Below, piece by piece: positions 49,731 through 59,089 of a stretch of DNA of 64,000 nucleotides. The DNA comes from an uncultured Chthonomonadaceae bacterium (GTDB lineage Bacteria > Armatimonadota > Chthonomonadetes > Chthonomonadales > Chthonomonadaceae). Made by a program: the position numbers and the translations under genes. How positions within the stretch are numbered: position 1 is the stretch's first letter; each line of letters begins with the position of its first letter. The notes beneath the pieces were generated by a model. It saw only the letters and a list, made by a program, of their open reading frames with translations, did no database searches and was not told the origin of the DNA. The stretch spans positions 384,001 through 448,000 of the forward strand of contig CAWFQB010000005.1 in assembly GCA_963817895.1 (NCBI GenBank). Direction: 5' to 3'.

Positions 49731-50045
49731 ATGAGAAGGAGGTTTGTCGTGTTCAACCGTCATCGCAATCTGTTGTTTGTTCTAATTGTGTGGGGCTTTT
49801 TGTGTAGTACCCTTGTAGGATGCAATTCCAGTTCTCCTGGTTCTGGAGCCTCTACCTACCCGGCGGCCACTGGCAATACCTACGATAGCTCCACGGAAGC
49901 AAGAATGGAGTCTTTGCGTCAGGGACAACGTGAGATTGAGGCGGAACACAGGAGAAAGATGGCAGAAATAGACGCGGCAGAAGCGGCGGCTAGAGCGCGA
50001 GACAGAGAAAGGCAAGCAGACAGCTACCGGAATGGATTTCGGTAA
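49731..50045 (+). CDS. Small putative lipoprotein
   Basis: Basic N-terminus, hydrophobic stretch, lipobox LVGC, Ser-rich linker, coiled-coil tail. Confidence 0.65.
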   Translation: MRRRFVVFNRHRNLLFVLIVWGFLCSTLVGCNSSSPGSGASTYPAATGNTYDSSTEARMESLRQGQREIEAEHRRKMAEIDAAEAAARARDRERQADSYRNGFR

Positions 50046-50183
50046 ACCTGTGTTCGCCGATTGTGCGCTGTGGCTATTTCGCTGTTTAGGTTTGTTTTCG
50101 AGGCCTGTCTTTTGTTTTCGCAGAAGGCAGGCCGTACTATCATGTTTCTTTGAACATGCAGAGAATGAGTTCTAATACCGTTC

Positions 50184-50213
50184 AAGGGCCGCGAGTTGAA
50201 ACTCACGGCCCTT
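50184..50213. repeat. Palindrome (REP-like or terminator)
   Basis: AAGGGCCGCGAGT-TGAA-ACTCACGGCCCTT. Confidence 0.6.
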
Positions 50214-50299
50214 GCTTGCGCAGCATTAGCGGCAGCGTGGTATAATTACAATTGTTTCAACATACGTTCGCAGCGCAATCCAGAAGCAGGAGTAAGTTG

Positions 50300-50701
50300 A
50301 TGAGCGACATGGAACAATGGCAACTGATACCTGAGTCGGGGTGCGACGATCAGGACGATTACGCGGATGATGAGCAGATACGGCGCGACATAGCCGGATG
50401 GGAACAGGAATATGCCGCCTGGGAACGCAACGAGATGCCTCTTCGCGCAACCATGTTCACGGAAAGTGGGCAGCGACTCGAACTGGAAATGATGACGCGG
50501 GTACAGCATGATACGCGCCTGGCGGAACTCAAGGCCGGTAACTCTGCCGGGGACGCCTCCGAAGCGGTTACGTTGCTGGCGCAACTGCTGACGTGGACGG
50601 GACGCGCCGCCATGACGCCTGACGAAACAGAACAGGTGCAAAACTTGCGCCGCCGCGCCGAAACGCTGCTACAGCAGGCGGGCGTTCTCGAACTCGCGTA
50701 A
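50300..50701 (+). CDS. Hypothetical protein
   Basis: AGGAG RBS; 133-aa helical ORF upstream of the kinase. Confidence 0.65.
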   Translation: MSDMEQWQLIPESGCDDQDDYADDEQIRRDIAGWEQEYAAWERNEMPLRATMFTESGQRLELEMMTRVQHDTRLAELKAGNSAGDASEAVTLLAQLLTWTGRAAMTPDETEQVQNLRRRAETLLQQAGVLELA

Positions 50702-50728
50702 ACCGCAGCCGGAGATGTTTTCGGGAGG

Positions 50729-52306
50729 ATGCTTATGTCTATCGCTCATTTTCTCCCCGGGTTTGCCGTGATTACCTGTCTCGAACTGGCCGTTATCTTC
50801 TTCCTGCTTTACCGGTATGTGGATGCCGAAAAGTCCAACGCGATCTTCAGTTTGCTGTGCCTGTGTTTCGCCTGCATGATCTGGAGCACCTACGAGTTGG
50901 TTCATGCGGAAAGCGTGACTTTCCGGCTGCTAATGGTTCGGTTTCACCTGACAACCGCGACTTTCGGCCTGCTGATGTATCGGATTCAACTGATGAGCGG
51001 GATTTTCGCCGCTGCCGCATCGGTCCACTTTGCGCGGCTTATCACGCAAGCCGCCCCTATTTCCACTGTGCCTTCAGCCTCACCCCTTCCACAACGCTTT
51101 GCGGCGCGATGGCGCGCGCTGACAGCCGTTCTCGCGCTCTGCCCCTGGCATCCCTTCGTGCTGCATCGCCTGTACAAATATGCGCCTGTGGATGATTACG
51201 ATTCGGCAATGGCCGGCCCGTGGTTCCGCCACTACATTCTTGTTATATTTTCAGGGTCCCTTTATGCGTGTGGCCTCTTCATTGTCGCCTGGAAACAAAA
51301 CAGGAAGAATAAGAGGACGGCTATAGAGGTTGTGGAGGAGGGTTATCGCGTATTCGCCAGTCAGACTTTGTGGCTGGTGTTCAGTTTTGGATTGATCCTG
51401 CTGGCAAGCGTTATAGAATTCATTCAGGCGGTGGAGGGTCCCAAAAACACCTGGTATTTCCCCGTATTTCCGCGCGCGTGGGCAATCCTGGTCTTTTGTT
51501 TTACCACCGCGTACAGCCTGGCAAAGCAGATTGTGGTGAACGAGCGGCGCAAAGCGCAGATCAGAGCGGTTGCCGAAACGCGCCTGGAAGCCACGCGGCA
51601 TATCCAGCATCAGGTGCGAAACGCGCTGGCGCAAATTCAACGGCCGTTGCACACCGTTCTGGAGCAATCGCCGGTCGAACCTTCGGAAGCGGGGCAGGCC
51701 GCAAACCGGCAGCGCGTGATACGCGCAACGGCAGCCATTGAGGAACTACAGCACACGCTGGATGTCGCGCTCAATCTGGCCCGCGTGGAGGTGGGCGAAC
51801 CGGTCAAATTGGGCGCGAAAACTTCGGTTCCGATTGCGAATTGGGTGGAAATGTTGTGCCGCGCCCGGCTCGGTTTGGAGGACGCGGCTTCCCCTTCGCT
51901 CGCCCAAATTCTGCAATTGAAGTTCCATGCCGATCTGTCTGTCGTGGACGTGTATGTGTATGCGGACGCGCTGCGGGAAGTGTTCGCGGTTCTGCTGGAC
52001 AACGCCTGCAAGTACGCCCCGAAAGGCAGCCTGCTCACCGTTCAGGTCTGGAACACTCCCGACCGGCTCTGCTTTTGCGTGGCCGATCAGGGCTGTGGCG
52101 TCCGCCCCGAAGATAAAGAGCGCATTTTCGAGTTGTACAGGGGACGGCAGCCTGCTGTGGGGCATATTGCGGGTACGGGCATCGGCCTGACGCTGGCAAA
52201 ACGTTACATCGAGGCGCAGGGCGGCGGCATCCGCGTTGAAAGCGAAGGCGACGGACAGGGCAGCGCGTTTTATTTCCATATCCCTCTGGAAAAGGATGAA
52301 GGATGA
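50729..52306 (+). CDS. Sensor histidine kinase with multi-TM input domain
   Basis: About 7 hydrophobic segments; H-box QHQVRNAL; LLDNACKY, DQGCG, GTGIGL, GSAF. Confidence 0.92.
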   Translation: MLMSIAHFLPGFAVITCLELAVIFFLLYRYVDAEKSNAIFSLLCLCFACMIWSTYELVHAESVTFRLLMVRFHLTTATFGLLMYRIQLMSGIFAAAASVHFARLITQAAPISTVPSASPLPQRFAARWRALTAVLALCPWHPFVLHRLYKYAPVDDYDSAMAGPWFRHYILVIFSGSLYACGLFIVAWKQNRKNKRTAIEVVEEGYRVFASQTLWLVFSFGLILLASVIEFIQAVEGPKNTWYFPVFPRAWAILVFCFTTAYSLAKQIVVNERRKAQIRAVAETRLEATRHIQHQVRNALAQIQRPLHTVLEQSPVEPSEAGQAANRQRVIRATAAIEELQHTLDVALNLARVEVGEPVKLGAKTSVPIANWVEMLCRARLGLEDAASPSLAQILQLKFHADLSVVDVYVYADALREVFAVLLDNACKYAPKGSLLTVQVWNTPDRLCFCVADQGCGVRPEDKERIFELYRGRQPAVGHIAGTGIGLTLAKRYIEAQGGGIRVESEGDGQGSAFYFHIPLEKDEG

Positions 52307-52531
52307 AGGGATTTTCGATTTTCGATTTTCGATTGTGTCTCCTCTTCTCGTATCTCGTATCTCGTATCTCCTATCTCTCCTCTAATTCTCGTAACGTATA
52401 CAGGTGTTTAGCAACCAAAATGTAGCCTGTACAGAACTCCGCTTTTGTTGTATCCTGCATCTATAGTTTTCAGGGATAACGCGCCTCCGTTATTTAAGGT
52501 GGCGTGACATTCATCCTTCATCCTTCATCCT
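52292..52531. repeat. Composite heptamer block (AAGGATG, ATTTTCG, TCTCGTA ... TTCATCC)
   Basis: Three different 7-mer runs after the kinase stop; TTCATCC x3 at 52510-52530 is inverted to the first run. Confidence 0.85.
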
Positions 52532-52549
52532 TTGCCAAAGGGGTTCGCT

Positions 52550-53209
52550 ATGTCCGTGATTCGCGTTGTGGTTGCAGACGACCGGAAAGCCCTTGTGGAA
52601 GAGGTTGTTGACGGCCTGTGTCCCGTAAGTGATATTGACATCGTTGCTGTCGCTTATAACGGCATGGAAGCCATCGAAGCGGCGCAACGAGTACGCCCGG
52701 ATGTCGTTCTGATGGATTTGGACATGCCGGGTATGAGTGGCATTGAGGCCACGCGGCATATTCGGCGGGAAATGCCGGAATGTGAGGTGCTGGTCTGGAC
52801 AGTGATGGATGACAGCCGCAGTCTGTTCGAGGCGTACAAAGCGGGAGCCAAAGGGTATCTGTTCAAGGACGCCGCGAACGCCGAAATCGCGGAAGGAATT
52901 CGCATGACGGCGCGGGGCGAGGCCACGATTCCGCCGGGGTTGGTAACGGCGATGCGTGACGCTTTCGAGCGCATTGCCAACCAGCAGGCGGCGTTGCGCC
53001 AATTGTACAGCGTTCTGACCATGCGCGAAGTGGAGGTTCTGGCGCGCATCGGGCAGGGCGAGAAAAACCGCCAGATCGCGCAGCGCCTGTTTATCACCGA
53101 GGAGGGCGTGAAAAAGCATGTCCGCGCCATTCTGGACAAACTGCAAGTGAACAACCGCATTGAAGCCGCGTTAGTCGCGCAAAAAAGCGGCCTGCTGGAT
53201 CAACGCTGA
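52550..53209 (+). CDS. NarL/LuxR response regulator
   Basis: VVVADD, VLMDLDMP, GYLFKD, LTMREVEVL...NRQIAQRLFI. Confidence 0.95.
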   Translation: MSVIRVVVADDRKALVEEVVDGLCPVSDIDIVAVAYNGMEAIEAAQRVRPDVVLMDLDMPGMSGIEATRHIRREMPECEVLVWTVMDDSRSLFEAYKAGAKGYLFKDAANAEIAEGIRMTARGEATIPPGLVTAMRDAFERIANQQAALRQLYSVLTMREVEVLARIGQGEKNRQIAQRLFITEEGVKKHVRAILDKLQVNNRIEAALVAQKSGLLDQR

Positions 53210-53236
53210 CAGCGCGAACCGGGAGCGAGACGCACG

Positions 53237-56200
53237 ATGAAAACTGTCTGGCAGATAACGCTGTTCACCAAAATGTCCGTGTGCCGGGAAGGACAACCTC
53301 CTCTGAAATTGCGCAAGCGCCGCAGCGCGGAGTTGCTGGCCTACCTTGCGCTGCATCGGGGTCGGGAAAATCGGCGCGAAATGCTGGCATCGCAAATCTG
53401 GCCGGAAGACGGCCCGGACGTGAGCCGCCAGAACCTGCGCTCCGCGCTCACCCTTCTGCGTGAACATCTGGAAACGCCGCCTATCCTGGAAGACGGCCTG
53501 GCCGGGAATGTGGTGCTGGCGGATACGGTTGTCGCGTCCCTGAACTTCGAGTGCGTGACAACGGATGTTGCCGCTTATGAAGCCCTGCTGCGGCAGGTAG
53601 AACCCTCGGATACAAACGGCAAGCGCATTGTGTTGCTTCGGGAGGCGACGGCCCTTTACGGCCATGGGCTTTTACCCGAATGGTACGACGAGTGGGTGTT
53701 GAACGAACAGAACCGCTTGCGGCAGGAACAGCAGCAGGCTCTGATGCGGTTGTCCGGGCTATTGCGCGACCGCGACGAGAACGAGGAGGCTATCCTCCGG
53801 GCGCGGCAGGCTCTTGCCTTAGATGCCCACCATGAACCGGCTCACGAGTGTTTGATGCGCGCGTATTTGCAGGCCGGACAAACCACTTCGGTGTTGCAGC
53901 ATTACAGGCGCATGGAGCAGGTGTCCGGCGAATGTGAGGGGGACGCGCCCTCCCCGAACCTACAGGCGCTGGCGCGGCAGGCGCGAATTCAGGCGCAAAT
54001 AGCCCGCAGGACGGACAACACCCCGGCAAACTTGCGCCCCGCTAACCTGCCTGTTCCCCCGACACAGTTTTTTGATCGCGTGGACGACCTTGCCAACCTG
54101 CGCGGACTCCTGCGCTCCGAACGGAAGTTGATAATCCTGACAGCCATCGGGGGCGCGGGCAAAACCCGGCTGGCAATGGAAACCGCGCGAAGCCTGCAAA
54201 TGGATTTCGACGGGCGCGTATTTTGGGTGGAACTGGCGGCCCTGACAAACGCGGACGGCATTGCGGAAGCGATAGCCGAAACGGTTCTGCGTCAGCGTCG
54301 CGCGGACACGCCTGCTTGGGAACAACTGGCGCAGGACGCGGGTAACGCGCAAGTCCTGCTGGTTCTGGACAACTTCGAGCATCTGGCGGAAACGGGCGCA
54401 AATGTGGTTCAGGAACTAATGCGTCGGCTGCCAGTCTGGAAACTGCTGGTCACGTCGCGGCAGGCGCTGCGGATACCGGGCGAACAAACGTATGCCGTGC
54501 CACTTCTGACTCCACAAGCCAGTGTGGAGTTGTTTGCGGATCGCGCCGGACTGGTCAATTCGTCGTTTGTTCTAAACGCGCAAAACACGCCCCTTGTTAT
54601 GGCCCTGTGCAAACGTCTGGACGGCCTGCCCCTTGCGCTCGAACTGGCTGCCGCGTGGTCGGACCTGCTGACTCCGGCAGAAATTCTTCAGCGTCTGGAA
54701 TTCCGTTTCGATCTGCTGGTAAGCCACTACCGCGCGGTTCCCCTGCGCCATCGGAGCCTGTACGCCATGATTGACTGGAGCCACGCGCAATTGCCGCCCG
54801 CTCTACAACAGTTGTTCGCGCGCCTGTCCGTCTTTCGAGGCGGCTGGAACGTGGAAGCGGCGCAGGCGATAGAAGGGGTCAGGGGCCAGGAGTCAGGGGT
54901 CAGGCAGGAGGGAATAGAAGAAGCGATCTCAGCAGGCAGGAACGAGCCGCGCGAGAGGAAGTTTGATTCTGAGACGGACATTTTGTTCGGGCTGCGGGAG
55001 TTGCAGGCGCGGTCGCTGATTGTCGGGACGCAAACCGATGCCGGGACGATGCGCTACGCCATGCTGGAAACTCTGCGCGAATTTGCCCACGCGCGGCTTT
55101 CCGAAACGGAACGTTCCCACATGGCGGATAGCCACGCCGCGTATTTCCTGAATCTTGCCGAAACCGCAACTCCGCATTTGAACGGGCCGGAAGCGAAAAC
55201 ATGGCTGGACGCTCTGGACAGGGAGCGCGAAAACCTGAATGTCGCGCTGGATTGGCTGTGCGAGCAGCGACAAACGCAGGAGAGTTCGCGTCTGGCAACC
55301 GCGCTGGCCCCGTTCTGGTGGACGCGCGGCCATGCGAGTGAAGGGCGGCAACATTTTACCCGTGTTCTGGCGCTTTCCGACGAGCCAACGGTGTTACGCG
55401 CCCGGACTTTGCGCTATGCGGGCGCGCTGGCGAGCTACCAATCCGATCTGGCGGCCTCCACGCGCCTGCACATCGCAAGTCTGCGCGTGGCGCGAAAGTT
55501 GCAGGATCAGAATAGTATCGCCTGGGCGCTGTATCAACTGGGGCATACCCGGCTGACTCAGGGCAAATACCAAAAGGCGTACCGTCACCTTGACAAATCT
55601 CTACAGATTTGCGCAACGGATACGGATGAGGATACGCACCTGCAAGCCGTGACGCTGCATAAAATTGGCAGCGTCCTTCTGGTACAAAACGCCTGGGAGG
55701 AGGCGGGCCGTTATTTTCAACGCAGCGCGGCTCTGTTTCATGAACTTGGCGACCGGCAGGCAGAGGCGACTTCGCTGCTCAACATCGGCAATGTGCTGGT
55801 CAATCAGGGCCGTACGGACGACGCTCGGACGCAGTACCAACGGGCGCTACAGATGTTCGGAAGCGTCGGAGATGTCCTGATCGTGGCCGTCACGCAGCTT
55901 TGTCTGGGCGGCGTCGCCTATCGCGGCAACAGGGACGATGAAGCGCGGCAACTCATGGAAACCGCTCTGGACACATTCCGGCGTTTAGGAGCGCGCATCC
56001 ATGAAGCCTGGGCGCAGTTTTATCTGGGCAATCTGGCCTGGCAGCAGGGCGACCAGGAATCGGCGCGAGAGCTTTATAGAGATAGCCTGCTGCTGCTACG
56101 GGAAAGCGGTGATCAGCGGCGAACCGCGCTTCTCGTCATGGCCTTCGGCTGGCTGGCGCAGTCGGAAAACAACCCGCAGCGCGCGGCGCGTTTATTTGGA

Positions 56201-56389
56201 GCGGGCAATGCCTGGTATGCCCGCCTGAAAACCGCGATTTCGCCTGTGGAGCGATATGAGTACGATCCCGCTCTTGCCGCCGTCCGCGCCGATTTAGAGG
56301 AAGCCGTATTCGCCGCCTGCTGGACGGAAGGACAAGCCTACACGCCGGAACAGGCGATTGCCTGCGCCTTGCAGGAAGTGGAGGAGTAG
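53237..56389 (+). CDS. AfsR/SARP-family BTAD-NB-ARC-TPR regulator (copy 3)
   Basis: ELLAYLAL, LYGHGLLPEW, EPAHECLMRAY, AIGGAGKT, LDNFEH, LDGLPLALELAA; TPRs. Confidence 0.94.
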   Translation: MKTVWQITLFTKMSVCREGQPPLKLRKRRSAELLAYLALHRGRENRREMLASQIWPEDGPDVSRQNLRSALTLLREHLETPPILEDGLAGNVVLADTVVASLNFECVTTDVAAYEALLRQVEPSDTNGKRIVLLREATALYGHGLLPEWYDEWVLNEQNRLRQEQQQALMRLSGLLRDRDENEEAILRARQALALDAHHEPAHECLMRAYLQAGQTTSVLQHYRRMEQVSGECEGDAPSPNLQALARQARIQAQIARRTDNTPANLRPANLPVPPTQFFDRVDDLANLRGLLRSERKLIILTAIGGAGKTRLAMETARSLQMDFDGRVFWVELAALTNADGIAEAIAETVLRQRRADTPAWEQLAQDAGNAQVLLVLDNFEHLAETGANVVQELMRRLPVWKLLVTSRQALRIPGEQTYAVPLLTPQASVELFADRAGLVNSSFVLNAQNTPLVMALCKRLDGLPLALELAAAWSDLLTPAEILQRLEFRFDLLVSHYRAVPLRHRSLYAMIDWSHAQLPPALQQLFARLSVFRGGWNVEAAQAIEGVRGQESGVRQEGIEEAISAGRNEPRERKFDSETDILFGLRELQARSLIVGTQTDAGTMRYAMLETLREFAHARLSETERSHMADSHAAYFLNLAETATPHLNGPEAKTWLDALDRERENLNVALDWLCEQRQTQESSRLATALAPFWWTRGHASEGRQHFTRVLALSDEPTVLRARTLRYAGALASYQSDLAASTRLHIASLRVARKLQDQNSIAWALYQLGHTRLTQGKYQKAYRHLDKSLQICATDTDEDTHLQAVTLHKIGSVLLVQNAWEEAGRYFQRSAALFHELGDRQAEATSLLNIGNVLVNQGRTDDARTQYQRALQMFGSVGDVLIVAVTQLCLGGVAYRGNRDDEARQLMETALDTFRRLGARIHEAWAQFYLGNLAWQQGDQESARELYRDSLLLLRESGDQRRTALLVMAFGWLAQSENNPQRAARLFGAGNAWYARLKTAISPVERYEYDPALAAVRADLEEAVFAACWTEGQAYTPEQAIACALQEVEE

Positions 56390-56486
56390 GCCAATATTGA
56401 CCAGGCTTCAACCAATGTAACTGTGATGTACCGCAACAGACACGGCAATTATCTTGCCGTGTCCGTTTGTTTGTCACCTGCCACGC

Positions 56487-56566
56487 AAAAAATTTACAGG
56501 AAAATTTACGAGGTTGTTGATTTGCCCCCTTATCTGCACGTTTTTGCAACGCTCCTCTGTTACCAT
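56487..56566 (+). promoter_or_regulatory. Putative SARP-type direct-repeat promoter
   Basis: ATCTGCACG-TTT-TTGCAACG-N9-TACCAT; upstream AAAATTTAC x2. Confidence 0.55.
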
Positions 56567-56621
56567 ATCCACACTACCCGCAATGCGGCAGGAGTAATTT
56601 GTTTTGTGAAAGGAATTTTGT

Positions 56622-56930
56622 ATGCAAACTCTGCCTGCTTCTTTACTTACGCGCTGGCGCTCGGAGTGCTACTCTCCTCTGGTACGTAACAGGCGCGCGC
56701 GCAGACTGTGGATGATGACCCGATCAAAGAGCCGGCGAGAAAGCCTGCCACCGTCAAACCGCTGCTGCCGCCCGTTGCGCCCGCAGTGGAGAGACTTGGG
56801 ATAGAAAAGCGTGGATTCTGTTCCCAACGGTTTCAACAGGGACGACACCACGCTTTGCGGCAGCCCTGAGCAGGCATTTTGCCTGCTCACATCAACATGC
56901 GGGAACAAAGTAACCTTCAAAGCAACCTGA
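56622..56930 (+). pseudogene. Possible degraded or mis-sequenced small exported protein
   Basis: AAGGAA RBS + ATG; signal-like ALALGVLLSSGT*QARAQ in a second frame; flanked by the promoter motif and a terminator. Confidence 0.35.
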
Positions 56931-56938
56931 GAACTATG

Positions 56939-56973
56939 GCCCGCCTTCTGTTTATGCAGAAGGCGGGCTTTTT
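56939..56973 (+). terminator. Rho-independent terminator
   Basis: GCCCGCCTTCTG-loop-CAGAAGGCGGGC-TTTTT. Confidence 0.85.
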
Positions 56974-57006
56974 GCTATTCCTTAAAAGCCAATATTCTTA
57001 TTGGCA

Positions 57007-57044
57007 GCCCGGTTTCCCGTCTTATGGAAGCCGGGCGCTTTTTT
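57007..57044 (+). terminator. Second terminator-like hairpin
   Basis: GCCCGGTTTCC...GGAAGCCGGGC-GC-TTTTTT. Confidence 0.6.
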
Positions 57045-57162
57045 GCCTGCGAAGGGGACGCAGCGGAAAAACACGGCAGGGAAATGCAAGGCAGGCGTCG
57101 AAATACACTCCGTTTCCACTACTTGCAGGTGGACACCAACCACATTGTTGAGGAGAAATGCT

Positions 57163-58197
57163 GTGCTGCACCCTGTTAATCTGATTTCTTTCCGCAGTTT
57201 AACGCGGCTTGTCCTTATAGTTTTGTGCGCTCTAATGCTGACAAACACAATAGCGCAAAGCCAAACGGTTCCTGTCACCACAAAAACAAAGGCGATGGAC
57301 ACTGTGGAAAAAGTGATTCTGGATACCGATATTGGCGACGATATTGACGACGCTTACGCGCTTGCCCTCCTGCTGTCGCGCCCGAACATCAAATTGCTTG
57401 GCGTCACGACCGCGTGGGGACAAACGCAGGAGCGGGCGGAACTGGCGGTCAAACTGCTGCATGTCATGGGCTACGACCACATTCCCGTATATGCCGGACG
57501 CAGGGGAACCGCCAAAATCGGGCGGCAGTACGAATGGGCGCGGCATACGGAAACAACAAACACTTCTGCCAAAAACGCGATTCCCGCCGTGCAGAAAGAC
57601 GATGCCGTCACCTTCCTGAAACGGGCCATTGAGAAATCGCCAGGAGAAATTACCCTGATTGCGGTCGGCCCGCTCGTCAACGTCGGCGATCTGGTCACGA
57701 TGCACCCGGAAGTGAAAACGAAACTGAAGCGCATCGTAATTATGGGCGGGGCCGTTCATTCGGGCTACAATGGCAGTTCCAATATAGACGTGGAATGGAA
57801 CATCAAGTGCGATCCGCAGGCGGCGAAAGCGGTCTTTTCCAGCGGTATACCCCTCACAATGGCCGGACTGGAATCCACCGCCATGCTCAAGTTCGACGTG
57901 GAGCGGCAAAAACGCCTGTTCGCGCGCGGCGCGCCCACAACCGATGCCATTGCCGCCCTGACCATTTTATGGGGCGGTAGCGTCCCCACCCTGTTCGACC
58001 CGATGGCGGTTGCCTGGGCAACGGACGGCAAGTTCTGCGAAACGGAACAGCGGCATGTGGTGGTAGACGATGACGGCAAAACCCGTATCACGGATGGCCC
58101 GCCCAACGTCACCGTGCTTATCAATCCGCAAAAAGACGCTTTCCTGGACTGGTATATCACGTCGGTTGCCGGTCCTATGACTGGAAGCGCAAAGTAA
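57163..58197 (+). CDS. Nucleoside hydrolase (IU-NH family) with predicted signal peptide
   Basis: VILDTDIGDDIDDAYAL, AVGPLVN, IMGG, EWNIKCDP, LFDPMA; AGGAG RBS + GTG. Confidence 0.9.
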   Translation: MLHPVNLISFRSLTRLVLIVLCALMLTNTIAQSQTVPVTTKTKAMDTVEKVILDTDIGDDIDDAYALALLLSRPNIKLLGVTTAWGQTQERAELAVKLLHVMGYDHIPVYAGRRGTAKIGRQYEWARHTETTNTSAKNAIPAVQKDDAVTFLKRAIEKSPGEITLIAVGPLVNVGDLVTMHPEVKTKLKRIVIMGGAVHSGYNGSSNIDVEWNIKCDPQAAKAVFSSGIPLTMAGLESTAMLKFDVERQKRLFARGAPTTDAIAALTILWGGSVPTLFDPMAVAWATDGKFCETEQRHVVVDDDGKTRITDGPPNVTVLINPQKDAFLDWYITSVAGPMTGSAK

Positions 58198-58210
58198 TGG
58201 AAGACACGCC

Positions 58211-59026
58211 ATGAACAGGTTTCTTCTGTCGGTGGTGCTGCTATGCCTGATGTTGCGCCTGCCCGCGCTGGCGCAGGAATCGCTTCCTGCCGGATACGAT
58301 CACAGAGCGGTTGCGATGCTGGCGCAGGTTAATGGGCAAAACGCGCAAATAGAGGATAAGCCTCAACCTGCAATCAAGCAGATTGATCTGGATTATGCGG
58401 TTTCGAGTGGCAGCGTCGAAAGAGTGCGGGATGCGCTGGAACGTGGCGGAAACACCGTTACTACAGCACAACGCAAAAGAATGTTGACGCAGGCGATTGA
58501 CGCGGGCTTTCCCGATATTGTCGGCCTGCTGTTGGATCAGGGCATGAGTGTGAACGGCGGTCCTGATGGCTATACTCCCCTCATGGATGCGGCACGGGCA
58601 GGGCATATCCCGGTTATGAAATTGCTGTTACAGCGCGGCGCAAACATCAATGCAAAGTTTGCGAATGGTATAACAGCGCTGTATTATTCTGCCTCTCGTC
58701 TCGACTGTATGGAGTACCTGCTGGCGCATGGCGCGCGAGCAAGGCAGACTGATTTCAACTATGCGCTGATTGTGGCAGTAAAGCGTAGAGACCAGGCAGG
58801 AGTGGGGTTTCTGCTCAACAAAGGGGCCGACCCGAACGCGCGCAATAATGGCCTCAGTTGTATAACCGGCATGACACCCGCGCAAATTAGAGCGTATCGC
58901 GGCCCGCGCATCCTGACAGAAGCCAGGCAGTCTCTTGCTGCGGCCAGATACGTGCATAGCGCGTCCGAGATTCGCGCTGACAAACAGATTATCCAGTTGT
59001 TGCAGCGAGCAGGCGCAAAAGAGTAG
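58211..59026 (+). CDS. Secreted ankyrin-repeat protein
   Basis: Signal peptide; GYTPLMDAARAGHIPVMKLLLQRGANINAK and further ankyrin repeats. Confidence 0.9.
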   Translation: MNRFLLSVVLLCLMLRLPALAQESLPAGYDHRAVAMLAQVNGQNAQIEDKPQPAIKQIDLDYAVSSGSVERVRDALERGGNTVTTAQRKRMLTQAIDAGFPDIVGLLLDQGMSVNGGPDGYTPLMDAARAGHIPVMKLLLQRGANINAKFANGITALYYSASRLDCMEYLLAHGARARQTDFNYALIVAVKRRDQAGVGFLLNKGADPNARNNGLSCITGMTPAQIRAYRGPRILTEARQSLAAARYVHSASEIRADKQIIQLLQRAGAKE

Positions 59027-59089
59027 TGTCACCGGGCGTTCAACTCAATCATCGAATCACCAACAAAATCATAGAACGGAAACAAAAGC

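Noticed and set aside
52292..52531. Repeat blocks as a CRISPR array
   Set aside because: Units are 7 nt, tandem, without unique spacers; no cas genes.
56802..56804. TAG read-through extending the 60-aa ORF
   Set aside because: No recoding machinery or signal in the window; TAG is used as a normal stop by many genes here.
57000..57070. Possible c-di-GMP-I riboswitch (GGCAAA...CTGCC on the minus strand)
   Set aside because: Lacks the GAAA-tetraloop/GACGCAAA arrangement; better explained as a terminator hairpin.
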